From the IMG/VR virus record IMGVR_UViG_3300037840_000227, positions 1-64,000 of that record: a stretch of DNA of 64,000 bases. One strand, given 5' to 3'. Shown piece by piece: positions 25,599 to 34,636 of this stretch. The stretch is from a virus. Position numbers and translations under genes: made by a program. Within the stretch, counting starts at the first letter, position 1, and every line of letters begins with the position of its first letter. Below the pieces are notes generated by a model. The model did not search any database. It was not told where the DNA came from and saw only the letters and a program-made list of their open reading frames with translations.

Positions 25599-26501
25599 AT
25601 GGCTGACGAGAACGATAGCACACCGCCGCCAGCGCGCCCAAGCGCCGAGCAAGTCCGGCAACTCCTAAATTATGAGCCCGACACTGGGCGCCTCGTCTGG
25701 CGTGTCACGAGCGGGCGCGCGATAGCGGGCCGGGAGGCTGGGGGCATCTCCAAGGATATCGGCTATCGCCGGATCCGGCTCCTGAAGTCGGGAATCTTCC
25801 TCACACATCATCTTGTCTGGCTAATCCTCAAGGGAGAATGGCCTAAGCGGTTGGATCACATTGACGGCGACCGGTTAAACAACCGAATCGAGAACCTGCG
25901 CGAGTGCACGCAGAGCCAGAACTTGGCGAACACCGGGAAGCTCTCAACGAACACGAGCGGGATCAAGGGCGTAAACTGGCACAAGGCAAGTCAGCGCTGG
26001 CTCGCGCAGATCAAAGTTAGGGGCAAGCAGCGGCATCTTGGCGTCTTCAAAACGAAGGAAGAGGCCGGCGTTGTTTATGCTGCCGCAGCGAAGGAGGCAT
26101 TTGGTGATTTCGCCAGGACCGAAGACTTTATCGCGCCAGCGCCCATCGCGGCCACCGATTACGCGAAGCCGAAAGGATACCGGCCGACCGTTGAGGAGCT
26201 TCGGGAGACCTTTGAATATGTTCCAGACACCGGCGAACTTCGATGGAGGATGGCTCTAAGTTTCCGAGGGCCCATCGGAAGTATTGCTGGGCAGATTAAG
26301 GCCGATGGCTACCGCCGATTAGGCCTATTCGGCCGCCAATATTATGCACATGTTGTCATCTGGGCGATGGTCACTGGCTCGTGGCCGGTTCTCGTGATCC
26401 ACCATGTTGATGCGAATCGCTCAAACAACCGTTGGGCCAACCTGCAAGAAATAACCCAAGCAGAGAACGTGCAGGCCGCTTATCGCCGTATGCGACGCTG
26501 A
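25599..26501 (+). CDS. Tandem HNH-AP2-HNH homing endonuclease
   Basis: LDHIDGDRLNNRIENLRE, AP2-like NTSGIKGV.W...HLG.F, second IHHVDANRSNNRWANL. Confidence 0.88.
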   Translation: MADENDSTPPPARPSAEQVRQLLNYEPDTGRLVWRVTSGRAIAGREAGGISKDIGYRRIRLLKSGIFLTHHLVWLILKGEWPKRLDHIDGDRLNNRIENLRECTQSQNLANTGKLSTNTSGIKGVNWHKASQRWLAQIKVRGKQRHLGVFKTKEEAGVVYAAAAKEAFGDFARTEDFIAPAPIAATDYAKPKGYRPTVEELRETFEYVPDTGELRWRMALSFRGPIGSIAGQIKADGYRRLGLFGRQYYAHVVIWAMVTGSWPVLVIHHVDANRSNNRWANLQEITQAENVQAAYRRMRR

Positions 26502-26564
26502 TCCTTTACTTTTTCAGAAAACGGTCTATTAGTGGCGTCGTCAGAGATGACGCTACGCCATATG

Positions 26565-26690
26565 TGCTGGCAACCCTCTTCTGAGGCCCAGAAACAGCCG
26601 ACGCAGCAAGCCGACGTGTAGGCCCTTCAATTACAGTATTCGGCCCCGACGAGGGCAACCCGAATAAGTATAGCGAAGGCAACCCGAAGC
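26565..26690 (+). promoter_or_regulatory. Structured leader of the major capsid gene with three GGCCC/GGCAACC motif pairs
   Basis: GGCAACCC at 26569, 26654, 26678; GGCCC at 26585, 26621, 26642; flanking complementary stems. Confidence 0.45.
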
Positions 26691-26729
26691 AGGCGGACAG
26701 TATAGGTCCTCTAATTCGGGATTAATACT

Positions 26730-27590
26730 ATGTCGGATACTGCATTTCAGATCCAGTACAGACAAGAGTTCATCGCCGGCTTCGAAGTTGGCGTGTCTCT
26801 TCTTCGCAATACTGTGGTGACGGAAGCCGTCATCAAGGGCAACCAGGCGACATTCCTCGTTGCCGACTCCGGCGGCGCTGTCGCTCAGACCCGCGGCGTG
26901 AACGGTCTCATCCCGTCCCGCACCGATGACCTCAACCAGTATACGGCGACCTTGATCGAACAGCATGACCTCGTGCAGCGCACGGGCTTCAACCTGTTCG
27001 CATCGCAGGGCGACGGCAAGCGGATCATGCAAGAGACCTCGATGAAGGTCATCAACCGCACGATCGACTTGGACATCCTCTCGGCGCTTTCCGCCGCCAC
27101 CCAGGCGATTGGCCCTCCCGGCGCCACGGCCAGCCAGTCCATGGTTTCCCGCGCGATGACGAAGCTGGGCAACCAGGCGGTCGCAGTCGACGAAATCGAC
27201 AATATGTTCTTCGTCGTCAGCCCTGGCTTTATGGGCTACCTCTATCAGGTGAAGGAATTCACCAACGTCTTCTACGTTGACGTCAAGCAGTTGACGGAAA
27301 CCCAGCCGAATGTCGGCGCCACCGCGAACCGTCGCGTGATGCGCTGGATGGGCTTCAACTGGATCGTCAGCGCTCTCGTCACCGGCCTCGGCACGAATGC
27401 CGAGCTCTGCTACGCCTATCACCGGAATGCGATCGGCCACGCCGTCAACTCCGGCGAGATCATGGCGATGGCCGACTACCACCGCCGGCAGGATTACTCG
27501 TGGGCTCGCACTTCGGTCTACATGGGCTCCAAGCTCCTGCAGACGAAGGGTGTGGTTCAGGTCTATCACGACGCTTCGGCGATCAGCTAA
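26730..27590 (+). CDS. Major capsid protein
   Basis: AFQIQYRQEFIAGFE...LR..V..E....GNQATFLVA.SG...A.TRGVNGLIP; INR.ID..I motif of this podovirus MCP family. Confidence 0.88.
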   Translation: MSDTAFQIQYRQEFIAGFEVGVSLLRNTVVTEAVIKGNQATFLVADSGGAVAQTRGVNGLIPSRTDDLNQYTATLIEQHDLVQRTGFNLFASQGDGKRIMQETSMKVINRTIDLDILSALSAATQAIGPPGATASQSMVSRAMTKLGNQAVAVDEIDNMFFVVSPGFMGYLYQVKEFTNVFYVDVKQLTETQPNVGATANRRVMRWMGFNWIVSALVTGLGTNAELCYAYHRNAIGHAVNSGEIMAMADYHRRQDYSWARTSVYMGSKLLQTKGVVQVYHDASAIS

Positions 27591-27614
27591 GGCCCGGAAG
27601 AGAGGATCACAGCA

Positions 27615-28250
27615 ATGGCTTACTCCGGCACTGGCCTTTCCAGGATCACCCAGACGATCGAGGGCGGCTTCGGTCTCTATGTGCTCTACACCACCGACTC
27701 AATCGCGGCGGTGCTGGGAGCCAACTACATCACCGACCTCAACCGCGGCTTGGCGGCAGGCGATATCGTGTTTGCCCTCTGCGGCGCAACGAACCCATCC
27801 GGCCAGATTTGGCAGGGCGGCGACATGGTGATTACCTTCGTGTCCGCGGTCAGCGCCACGGGTGTCACGCTCAGCCCGTCGGGCGGCAGCTCGCAGAGAA
27901 CGAAGTATACTACCGCGGCCCTTACGGCTGGCACCCTGACTGCGGCCCAGATTGCTGGAGCGGATACCGTTTATCTCAGCAACAGCGGCGCAACTCCTGG
28001 CGCGCAGACCCTTCCGGCGGCGTCGGTTCTCTTTGCCGCGCAGCCCGGAGCGCAGACCGGCGATTCCTACGTCCTCCGGATTATCAACACCGGCGCCGGC
28101 ACCTTGACGGTGACGGACGACGTCGGCGCGACGATCACGCTCAGCGGCCACGTTGCGATCACGACGAACACCTTTGTCGATTACCTGATCACCTTCACGT
28201 CACCCACCACGGCGACGATGACTTCGATCGGCTCGGGCGTTTCCCCGTAA
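27615..28250 (+). CDS. Capsid decoration/cement-like structural protein
   Basis: Directly after MCP; Y.TTD....V....Y...L..GD motif; beta-rich. Confidence 0.7.
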   Translation: MAYSGTGLSRITQTIEGGFGLYVLYTTDSIAAVLGANYITDLNRGLAAGDIVFALCGATNPSGQIWQGGDMVITFVSAVSATGVTLSPSGGSSQRTKYTTAALTAGTLTAAQIAGADTVYLSNSGATPGAQTLPAASVLFAAQPGAQTGDSYVLRIINTGAGTLTVTDDVGATITLSGHVAITTNTFVDYLITFTSPTTATMTSIGSGVSP

Positions 28251-28294
28251 TAGCGAGACCCCTCCCGCACGGCCTCCAGCGGGCGGGCACACTA

Positions 28295-28328
28295 GGCGGC
28301 GACCTTCGGGTCGCCGCTTTTTGTTTTT
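28295..28328 (+). terminator. Rho-independent terminator after the capsid genes
   Basis: GGCGGCGACC-TTCG-GGTCGCCGCT followed by TTTTGTTTTT. Confidence 0.85.
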
Positions 28329-28376
28329 CCCAACATCTGGTAGGACTCCGGATGGGGCCGCCCATTAGGAGTGATC

Positions 28377-28898
28377 ATGGCTATCGATACATTGGACCGT
28401 CCGCAGCCCGCCACACCTCCAGCGCCCGCCCCTATGCCGCCGCCGGTGGCAAGGAAATTCGAGCCGCTGCCGGAATTCCACTTCCACCTCCGCGAGGTAA
28501 AGCAGAACGAGTGGCTGGCTGTCGTTTTCAAGGAAGTTTCGATCGAGGACGTCCTTCGGCGCGACTTCTGGACGCATGTGGCGCACAAGTTGCGCTTCCC
28601 GGACAAGATCATCGTCGTGCGTGAGGACAAGGGCTTCTATCTCGAGCTCGTCGTCTTCTCATCCTACGGAACCAGTGTTGACGTGCGCCCGCTTTGCGAT
28701 CCGATCACGGTTGGCGATCACATGCCGCTCGTTAAGCCGGAGGAGGACTATTACATCGCCGACGGCGGCGAAATCCGCGGCTGGCAGGTCATCCGCCGGA
28801 AGGACAACAAGGTGATCAAGGGCGACGGCAAGCTGCGCAGCGAGTCAGAGGCCATGAAGTGGATGTCGGATTGGCTCAAGGCCACAGGGAAGAGGTGA
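28377..28898 (+). CDS. Hypothetical phage protein
   Basis: AGGAG SD; FWTHVA.KL...D.I.V..ED motif. Confidence 0.75.
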   Translation: MAIDTLDRPQPATPPAPAPMPPPVARKFEPLPEFHFHLREVKQNEWLAVVFKEVSIEDVLRRDFWTHVAHKLRFPDKIIVVREDKGFYLELVVFSSYGTSVDVRPLCDPITVGDHMPLVKPEEDYYIADGGEIRGWQVIRRKDNKVIKGDGKLRSESEAMKWMSDWLKATGKR

Positions 28899-28904
28899 GG
28901 GTCA

Positions 28905-29534
28905 ATGGGCGCCTCGCAGCTCGGTATCTTTAATGCAGCACTTCGATTCGTCGAAGAACGCAAACTTGCGTCTTTGACGGAGCAGCGCGAACCACTCCGT
29001 TACCTCTTGGACGAATGGCAGAATGCTGTCGATTGGTGCCTCTATCAAGGCTATTGGCGGTTTGCGATTCGCGAACAGCAAGTCAATAACGACGCCAGCC
29101 AGTCGCCGGCCTTCGGCTACGAGTTCTGCTTTACTAAGCCAGCGGACTGGATCCAGACGTACCAGATTGCGGACAACGAGAGTTTCAACCCGCTGATCCG
29201 CAATCTCGAGGATATGAACAACGTCTGGTATACGGACATTTCGCCGATCTATGTGAAATACGTCTCTAGTGATCCAAACTACGGTTGGAATCTTGGCTTG
29301 TGGACGCCCGGTTTCAGCGAATTCGTGGCGGCCTACCTCGCGTGGCTGATCGCCCCACGTATCAAACAGGCCAAGGATAAGGTCGATACCCTTGAGAAGC
29401 TCGTGAAGCGCAAGAAGATTGAGGGGCAGTCGACGGATGCGTTCAGCCTTCCTCCGGGGGAATTTCCGTACGACACATGGGTTACAAGTCGTGCGCCAAG
29501 AGGTTCTATACTTCCGTACGGATTCCGCGACTAG
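28905..29534 (+). CDS. Tail tubular protein A / adaptor (T7 gp11-like)
   Basis: I.N.AL...E....SL.E, W.FA, P.FGY...F..P.D motifs. Confidence 0.82.
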   Translation: MGASQLGIFNAALRFVEERKLASLTEQREPLRYLLDEWQNAVDWCLYQGYWRFAIREQQVNNDASQSPAFGYEFCFTKPADWIQTYQIADNESFNPLIRNLEDMNNVWYTDISPIYVKYVSSDPNYGWNLGLWTPGFSEFVAAYLAWLIAPRIKQAKDKVDTLEKLVKRKKIEGQSTDAFSLPPGEFPYDTWVTSRAPRGSILPYGFRD

Positions 29535-30165
29535 CCTTCCTCATGGGGACAGTAACCGCTCTCTCTATCGGCCAGTTCTTCTTGAACAGCCGGTATTTAA
29601 GCGCTGTGCGGCTAATGCCGGACATGCGAACCAACTCCGCTAGCGTAACTCTCTTGCCATCAATCGTGAGCCGTCGGTTGGATGACATATTGTTCTGTTG
29701 CTCGCGGCGCGTCGCCCATCGACAATTGCCCGGTTCATAGTTGCCCTCGCGATTCGGGTAGCGATCGATTGTGTAGTAATCATCGCTCGGTCGCTCACCC
29801 ATGTCGCGGAGAAAGCATTCGAACCCAGTCTTGCCGTCTTCTCCGTCTTTCCAGCTAGCGCATACCGAAATGCCGACAGCGCCGTATCGTGCGTAATCTG
29901 GATGGTTCGGATAAGTGCAGCGATAAATCATCGCCTGCCACGAAATGCGCGTGGGGGAAGTTTTAGCACCGCGGAAATGTCCATGCGTCATATTCCCATG
30001 CGAACACCCACACGAACGCGCGCGCCCTTTGATGAGCTGATCATGCGACACACTCTTTTCTTTGCCGCACCCGCAACGGCAAATCCAGGAACCCCGCCAT
30101 CCCTCGACTTCTCGACGGATGAGGGTGAAATGATTTACAACTGAGCCGGGTTCAAGCTTGGCCAT
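29506..30165 (-). CDS. HNH-type homing endonuclease (antisense insertion)
   Basis: WICRCGCG...SCGC; SW.AM..RC...YG; TIDR...GNYEPGNCRWAT. Confidence 0.82.
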   Translation of the reverse strand: MAKLEPGSVVNHFTLIRREVEGWRGSWICRCGCGKEKSVSHDQLIKGRARSCGCSHGNMTHGHFRGAKTSPTRISWQAMIYRCTYPNHPDYARYGAVGISVCASWKDGEDGKTGFECFLRDMGERPSDDYYTIDRYPNREGNYEPGNCRWATRREQQNNMSSNRRLTIDGKRVTLAELVRMSGISRTALKYRLFKKNWPIERAVTVPMRKASRGIRTEV

Positions 30166-30248
30166 TAGATCCTCCATGTGATTCGCTAGGACGCTATCGC
30201 TGGAAAGTGTAGGGAGTAAGGCAAATAGCCCGGCAGGATCAATTATTA

Positions 30249-33104
30249 ATGGCCCTAAACAGAGGCGAAGTTTCGCCTCTGGCTCTCGCGCGCACGGACC
30301 TTGAGAAGCTGCGCCTCGCTGCGCAGTCGATGGTTAACTGGATGCCGCGCACTGTTGGGCCGATGACCTTCCGGCCAGGCACGGAGTTCATCGGCGAAGT
30401 TCTCAACGATCTGCCGTGCGAATACATTGAATTCGTCGCCGCCTTCGCCGATACGGCTCTTCTTGAGCTCACCAACAACACGATGCGGGTTTGGATCAAC
30501 GAGGCGCTGATGACGCGCCTTGCTGTCGGAACCATCATCCCGGCCTTCGGCGGATCCTGGGCGCTGACGGCAACCGGCACGGCGACGGCCTCCGTCGGCG
30601 GCGGCAATCTCACCTTCGGCGCCGTCAATGCCGGCGCTCTTGCGACTGCGATTGCAACTGTCTCGGTGGCTGCGCCGGATCGGGCGACGGAACATGCATT
30701 GCGAATCGTGGTGGAGAATGGGCCGGTCAACTTCCAGATCGGGAGCACCTCGGGCGGCGTGGATCTCTTTCCCGTCGAGACACTGGATGCTGGGATCTAC
30801 TCGCTCGCCTTCACGCCGGGCGCCGGCACGGCGACGATTTACATCCAGTTCTCATCGACGTCGTCCGCTGAGAATTACAATACAACCTCGAAGACGCAGC
30901 CAACCGCCCTCCAACAAGTCCAGGTGACTTCGATTGCCCTTGAGGCGCCCGGCGTTTTCAACATCCCGGCGCCATGGCCGCAGAGCGTCCTGGGGTGGGA
31001 TGGCGCCAAGGTGCAGCCGTCCCAGCTTCGCCATACCCAATCAGGCGACGTCATCTATGTCGCCTGCGCCGGCTATCCACAGTACGAGATTGTGCGCCTT
31101 AACGGGCCGCACTCATGGGCGATTGTCAATTACCGGCCGGTCAAGGGGCCAATGGCGCCCTTTGCTGCGCAGCCCGCCATCTCGATCACCCCGAGCTCGC
31201 TCAATGGCAACATCACCCTCACGGCGAGTTCCGCGCTCTTTAAGACGCAGGATGTCGGAACGCTCTGGCGGCTGTTTCAGAACGGCCAGAATGTCGATCA
31301 AACCCTGTCGTCCGTCGACACGTACACCGATACCGTCCAAGTTGAGGGCGTCTCCAGCTATTCGAACATCAATGGCGGCGGCATGGTTGTCGACGCTAAT
31401 TGCACGGACCGCGATCTTTATATCACCACCACCGGGACTTGGGTGGGAACTCTATCTCTCCAGCGATCATTCGAAGGGCCTACCTCTGGCTTCACCGATT
31501 ATCAGAAGTACACATCTAACCAAACCGCAACGCTCGTCCGCGACGGCCTCAATAATGAGATCATCTGGTATCGGCTTGGCTTCGAGTCCGGCAACTATAC
31601 GAGCGGGAGCGTTCTGTGCGGACTCAACTATGCCGGCGGCGGCGGATATGGAGTTGCTCACATCACGGGCTACGTGAGCAACACGGTTGTTAACGCCGAG
31701 GTGCTCGTTCCCTTCTATGATATCTCGGCGACAAACGACTGGCGGCAGTCGGAATGGTCTAACTTTGAAGGCTGGCCCACTGCAACCGAGCTCCACGAAG
31801 GACGGCTCTGGTGGAGTGGCGCGGATCGCTGGTGGGGATCGTCGTCGAACGATTACACCAACTTTGACTGGGATGCGATTGGCGAGGCGGCGCTGATTGA
31901 TCAGTCGATCGGCAAAGGGCCGATTGCCAACATCAATTGGATGCTGTCGCTCGATCACTTGCTCGCTGGGGCTGACACTTCAATCATCGCGGCTCTCTCG
32001 GACGCCATCAACTCGCCCTTGACGCCGACAAACTTCAACTTGAAGCAATCGGTGACGAATGGCGCGTTTCCGATCCAGGCCTACCGCGTCGATCAGCGAG
32101 CGATCTATATCGATCAGTCTGGCGCGCGGCTTTATCAGCTTATCTACGACATCGGGCTCTATAATTATCGGCCGTCCGACTTGACGCGGTTCAACCGAGA
32201 GATTGGCCTGCCCGGCTTTATCGCCATGCGAGTGCAGCGCCAGCCGGATACACGTATCAACATGGTGCGCGCCGATGGCGTCCTTGTCTCGTTCGTCTTC
32301 GACATTGAGGACGAGGTGGAGGCCTTCTGGAAGGTGCAGACGCCGAATGGCGTCATCGAGAAGATCATGGTGTTGCCGGGAGCAATCGAGGATCAGGTCT
32401 ATGTTGTCGTGAATCGCCAAATCGGCGGCGTCACCAAGCGCTATCTCGAGAAGTTCGCCCGTATCGATGAATGCCTCGGCGCGGCGATCAACAAGAATGT
32501 CGACGCCATGCTTGTTTATGGGCCGAACGGTCCGGCGGCGGCGACGAATATTCTCTCCGGCTTTAACCACCTCGTTGGCCAGACGGTCTCGATTTGGGGC
32601 AATACGGGCACGGTGATCGACGATCTTGGTACGGCTGTCGTCAGCAATACGGGCACGGTGACGATTCCGAACAATCAGTTCAACGAGGAAGTGACCGTTG
32701 TGCAGGCGGTTGTGGGCTTGCCGTACTCCAGCGAATTCATCTCCGCCAAGTTGGCCTATGCGGCGCAGATGGGATCGGCAATCAACCAGGTGAAGCGCGT
32801 CGATCACATCGGGTTTGTTCTCGCGTCAACGCACTATCAGGGTATTAAGTACGGCAAATATACGCCAACCGATCCTACTGTCACGGTGAGCGGCCTCTTT
32901 AGCGTGCCAGAAGTGCTGGACGCATTGCCGCAAGTCGAGGACGGCGCCGTCACTCCGCCCGGCACGATTTGGCAGCAGTACGACAAGAAGGCGATGGAGT
33001 TCCCTGGTGACGCCGATACGGATGTCAGGCTCTACATTCAGGCTAGCTCGCCCAAGCCCGCAACGGTGGCGGCGATCAGCTTCCAGCTCGAGACGAGCAA
33101 CTAA
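30249..33104 (+). CDS. Tail tubular protein B / nozzle (T7 gp12-like)
   Basis: LNRGEVSP...RTD; RPGT.F; QSGDV.Y; GWP....HEGRL; YVVV.R....KRYLE motifs. Confidence 0.88.
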   Translation: MALNRGEVSPLALARTDLEKLRLAAQSMVNWMPRTVGPMTFRPGTEFIGEVLNDLPCEYIEFVAAFADTALLELTNNTMRVWINEALMTRLAVGTIIPAFGGSWALTATGTATASVGGGNLTFGAVNAGALATAIATVSVAAPDRATEHALRIVVENGPVNFQIGSTSGGVDLFPVETLDAGIYSLAFTPGAGTATIYIQFSSTSSAENYNTTSKTQPTALQQVQVTSIALEAPGVFNIPAPWPQSVLGWDGAKVQPSQLRHTQSGDVIYVACAGYPQYEIVRLNGPHSWAIVNYRPVKGPMAPFAAQPAISITPSSLNGNITLTASSALFKTQDVGTLWRLFQNGQNVDQTLSSVDTYTDTVQVEGVSSYSNINGGGMVVDANCTDRDLYITTTGTWVGTLSLQRSFEGPTSGFTDYQKYTSNQTATLVRDGLNNEIIWYRLGFESGNYTSGSVLCGLNYAGGGGYGVAHITGYVSNTVVNAEVLVPFYDISATNDWRQSEWSNFEGWPTATELHEGRLWWSGADRWWGSSSNDYTNFDWDAIGEAALIDQSIGKGPIANINWMLSLDHLLAGADTSIIAALSDAINSPLTPTNFNLKQSVTNGAFPIQAYRVDQRAIYIDQSGARLYQLIYDIGLYNYRPSDLTRFNREIGLPGFIAMRVQRQPDTRINMVRADGVLVSFVFDIEDEVEAFWKVQTPNGVIEKIMVLPGAIEDQVYVVVNRQIGGVTKRYLEKFARIDECLGAAINKNVDAMLVYGPNGPAAATNILSGFNHLVGQTVSIWGNTGTVIDDLGTAVVSNTGTVTIPNNQFNEEVTVVQAVVGLPYSSEFISAKLAYAAQMGSAINQVKRVDHIGFVLASTHYQGIKYGKYTPTDPTVTVSGLFSVPEVLDALPQVEDGAVTPPGTIWQQYDKKAMEFPGDADTDVRLYIQASSPKPATVAAISFQLETSN

Positions 33105-33115
33105 GGGAGGATACA

Positions 33116-33313
33116 ATGACTCGGCCGAAGCCTCATGTGTTTTACATCTTTCAGTGCTGGTTCAGAACCAAATGGGATGGCCGGCTCGAAGCCTGCGGGC
33201 CGACACTACGCGCCGCCGAATGGCTCCCTGTACCGCCACTGAATACCGATGTGATCGTAGGAGTCTTGAAAGGTATGACTGTATCGCCGCTTCGCTTAGC
33301 GAAGCGCCCTTAG
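33116..33313 (+). CDS. Hypothetical protein
   Basis: GGAGG SD; 65 aa. Confidence 0.4.
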   Translation: MTRPKPHVFYIFQCWFRTKWDGRLEACGPTLRAAEWLPVPPLNTDVIVGVLKGMTVSPLRLAKRP

Positions 33314-33372
33314 GGTGGAGGGTCCCTGGAAGGTCGTCGAACACATGCCGCCTCGACTCATTAGGTGGCTAA

Positions 33373-33744
33373 GTGGGAAAGGTCCAATTCACTCCAGCTA
33401 CGCCGAGTGATTTCTTCGAATTCACTGGCGAGCTGCCACCAGCGCGTGTGCGCGCCTTCACGGCGCGTGTCGACGGGCGCATCATCGGCATTGGCGGCAT
33501 CGGCCTCATGCCGGATGGAACCCGCGTCGCCTTCACCAATCTGAGCGAAGAGGCCCATAACTACCCTATTGCGCTGCACAAAGCGGCGCTTTTCACGCTG
33601 AAGACAGCGCGGGAAATGGGAGTGAAGCGCCTGGTGGCGACGACGGTCACGAATCACCCGGCAGCGGAGCGCTGGCTATTACGGCTGGGATTTGCGAAAA
33701 GAGTTATCAACGGGATAGGAGTTTTCATCCGTGACGACCGCTGA
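33373..33744 (+). CDS. GNAT-fold internal virion protein A-like (T7 gp13-like)
   Basis: IIGIGGI...AERWLLRLGF; position after tail tube B. Confidence 0.7.
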   Translation: MGKVQFTPATPSDFFEFTGELPPARVRAFTARVDGRIIGIGGIGLMPDGTRVAFTNLSEEAHNYPIALHKAALFTLKTAREMGVKRLVATTVTNHPAAERWLLRLGFAKRVINGIGVFIRDDR

Positions 33745-34006
33745 AACGCTTCGGACTTATATCGAATGGGCGCCGTCTCAAACGGCGCCGAAAGACGGCA
33801 GAAGGGTGCTCCTGTTCATCCCTGATTACAAGGAGCCCATTCAAATAGGCTATTATCAAAAGAGCGAAACGTTCGCGCATGGCAAGCTAACGCACAGCTT
33901 GGAATGCTGGCGTGCAGGGCCTTCGCTCTATTGGAACGATTTTCCGGAGCCGACTCATTGGGCGCCGCTGCCTTTTCCACCTAAAAAGAAGAAGAGGGCG
34001 CCATGA
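33731..34006 (+). CDS. DUF551-like protein
   Basis: W.P..TAPKDGRRVLL...PTHWAPLP.PP. Confidence 0.75.
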   Translation: MTTAETLRTYIEWAPSQTAPKDGRRVLLFIPDYKEPIQIGYYQKSETFAHGKLTHSLECWRAGPSLYWNDFPEPTHWAPLPFPPKKKKRAP

Positions 34007-34626
34007 GCTTCCTTGAGCGCCTGCCGAGGCCCTGTTTCGATCCGCTGACGATTGGCTCTCTTGCGGTTTCGGCGATAGGCGCGGGTGTCGGCGCAATGGG
34101 CACGATGGCGGCGGGCCAATCAGCCAAGCAGCTCGGCCAATTCCAGCAAAAGGAATTCCTCCAGCAGGGCGAGGAAGCCGAGTCCGTCGGACAGCGCAAG
34201 ATGCTCGAACAACAGCGCCAGGGCAATCTCGTCCAGTCGCAGTTGATCGCGCGCGCGGCAGGCTCCGGGGCGTCGGCTGATTCGCCGACGGTCATGAGTC
34301 TCTCGCGTCAGATCGCGGGCCGGAGCGAATACAGCTCCTTGATGGATCTCTGGGCTGGCCAGAACCAGCAGGCCGGATTGCTCAACCAGGGGAGCGGCGC
34401 GGCCTATTCCGGCGAGCTCACCGATTTCTCAAGCAAGTTCGGCGCGGCAGGCACGCTAGCCGGCGGATTGGGCTCAATGTTCCGCACCCTGTCATTCAAG
34501 GGTGGCGGCGTTGGGCTTCCGTTCTCCGGCGGCGGCACAGGGTTCGGTGGTGTTGGGCCAGGTGTCCAGCTTCCTGGCGGCGGCATTGGCTCAGATTACG
34601 CCGCAATCGGCGGCGGTTATTACTGA
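34003..34626 (+). CDS. Internal virion (ejection) protein B-like
   Basis: CFDP.T..hydrophobic Gly/Ala N-terminus; A.A.SG motif; position. Confidence 0.72.
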   Translation: MSFLERLPRPCFDPLTIGSLAVSAIGAGVGAMGTMAAGQSAKQLGQFQQKEFLQQGEEAESVGQRKMLEQQRQGNLVQSQLIARAAGSGASADSPTVMSLSRQIAGRSEYSSLMDLWAGQNQQAGLLNQGSGAAYSGELTDFSSKFGAAGTLAGGLGSMFRTLSFKGGGVGLPFSGGGTGFGGVGPGVQLPGGGIGSDYAAIGGGYY

Positions 34627-34636
34627 GGCTTGAAAC

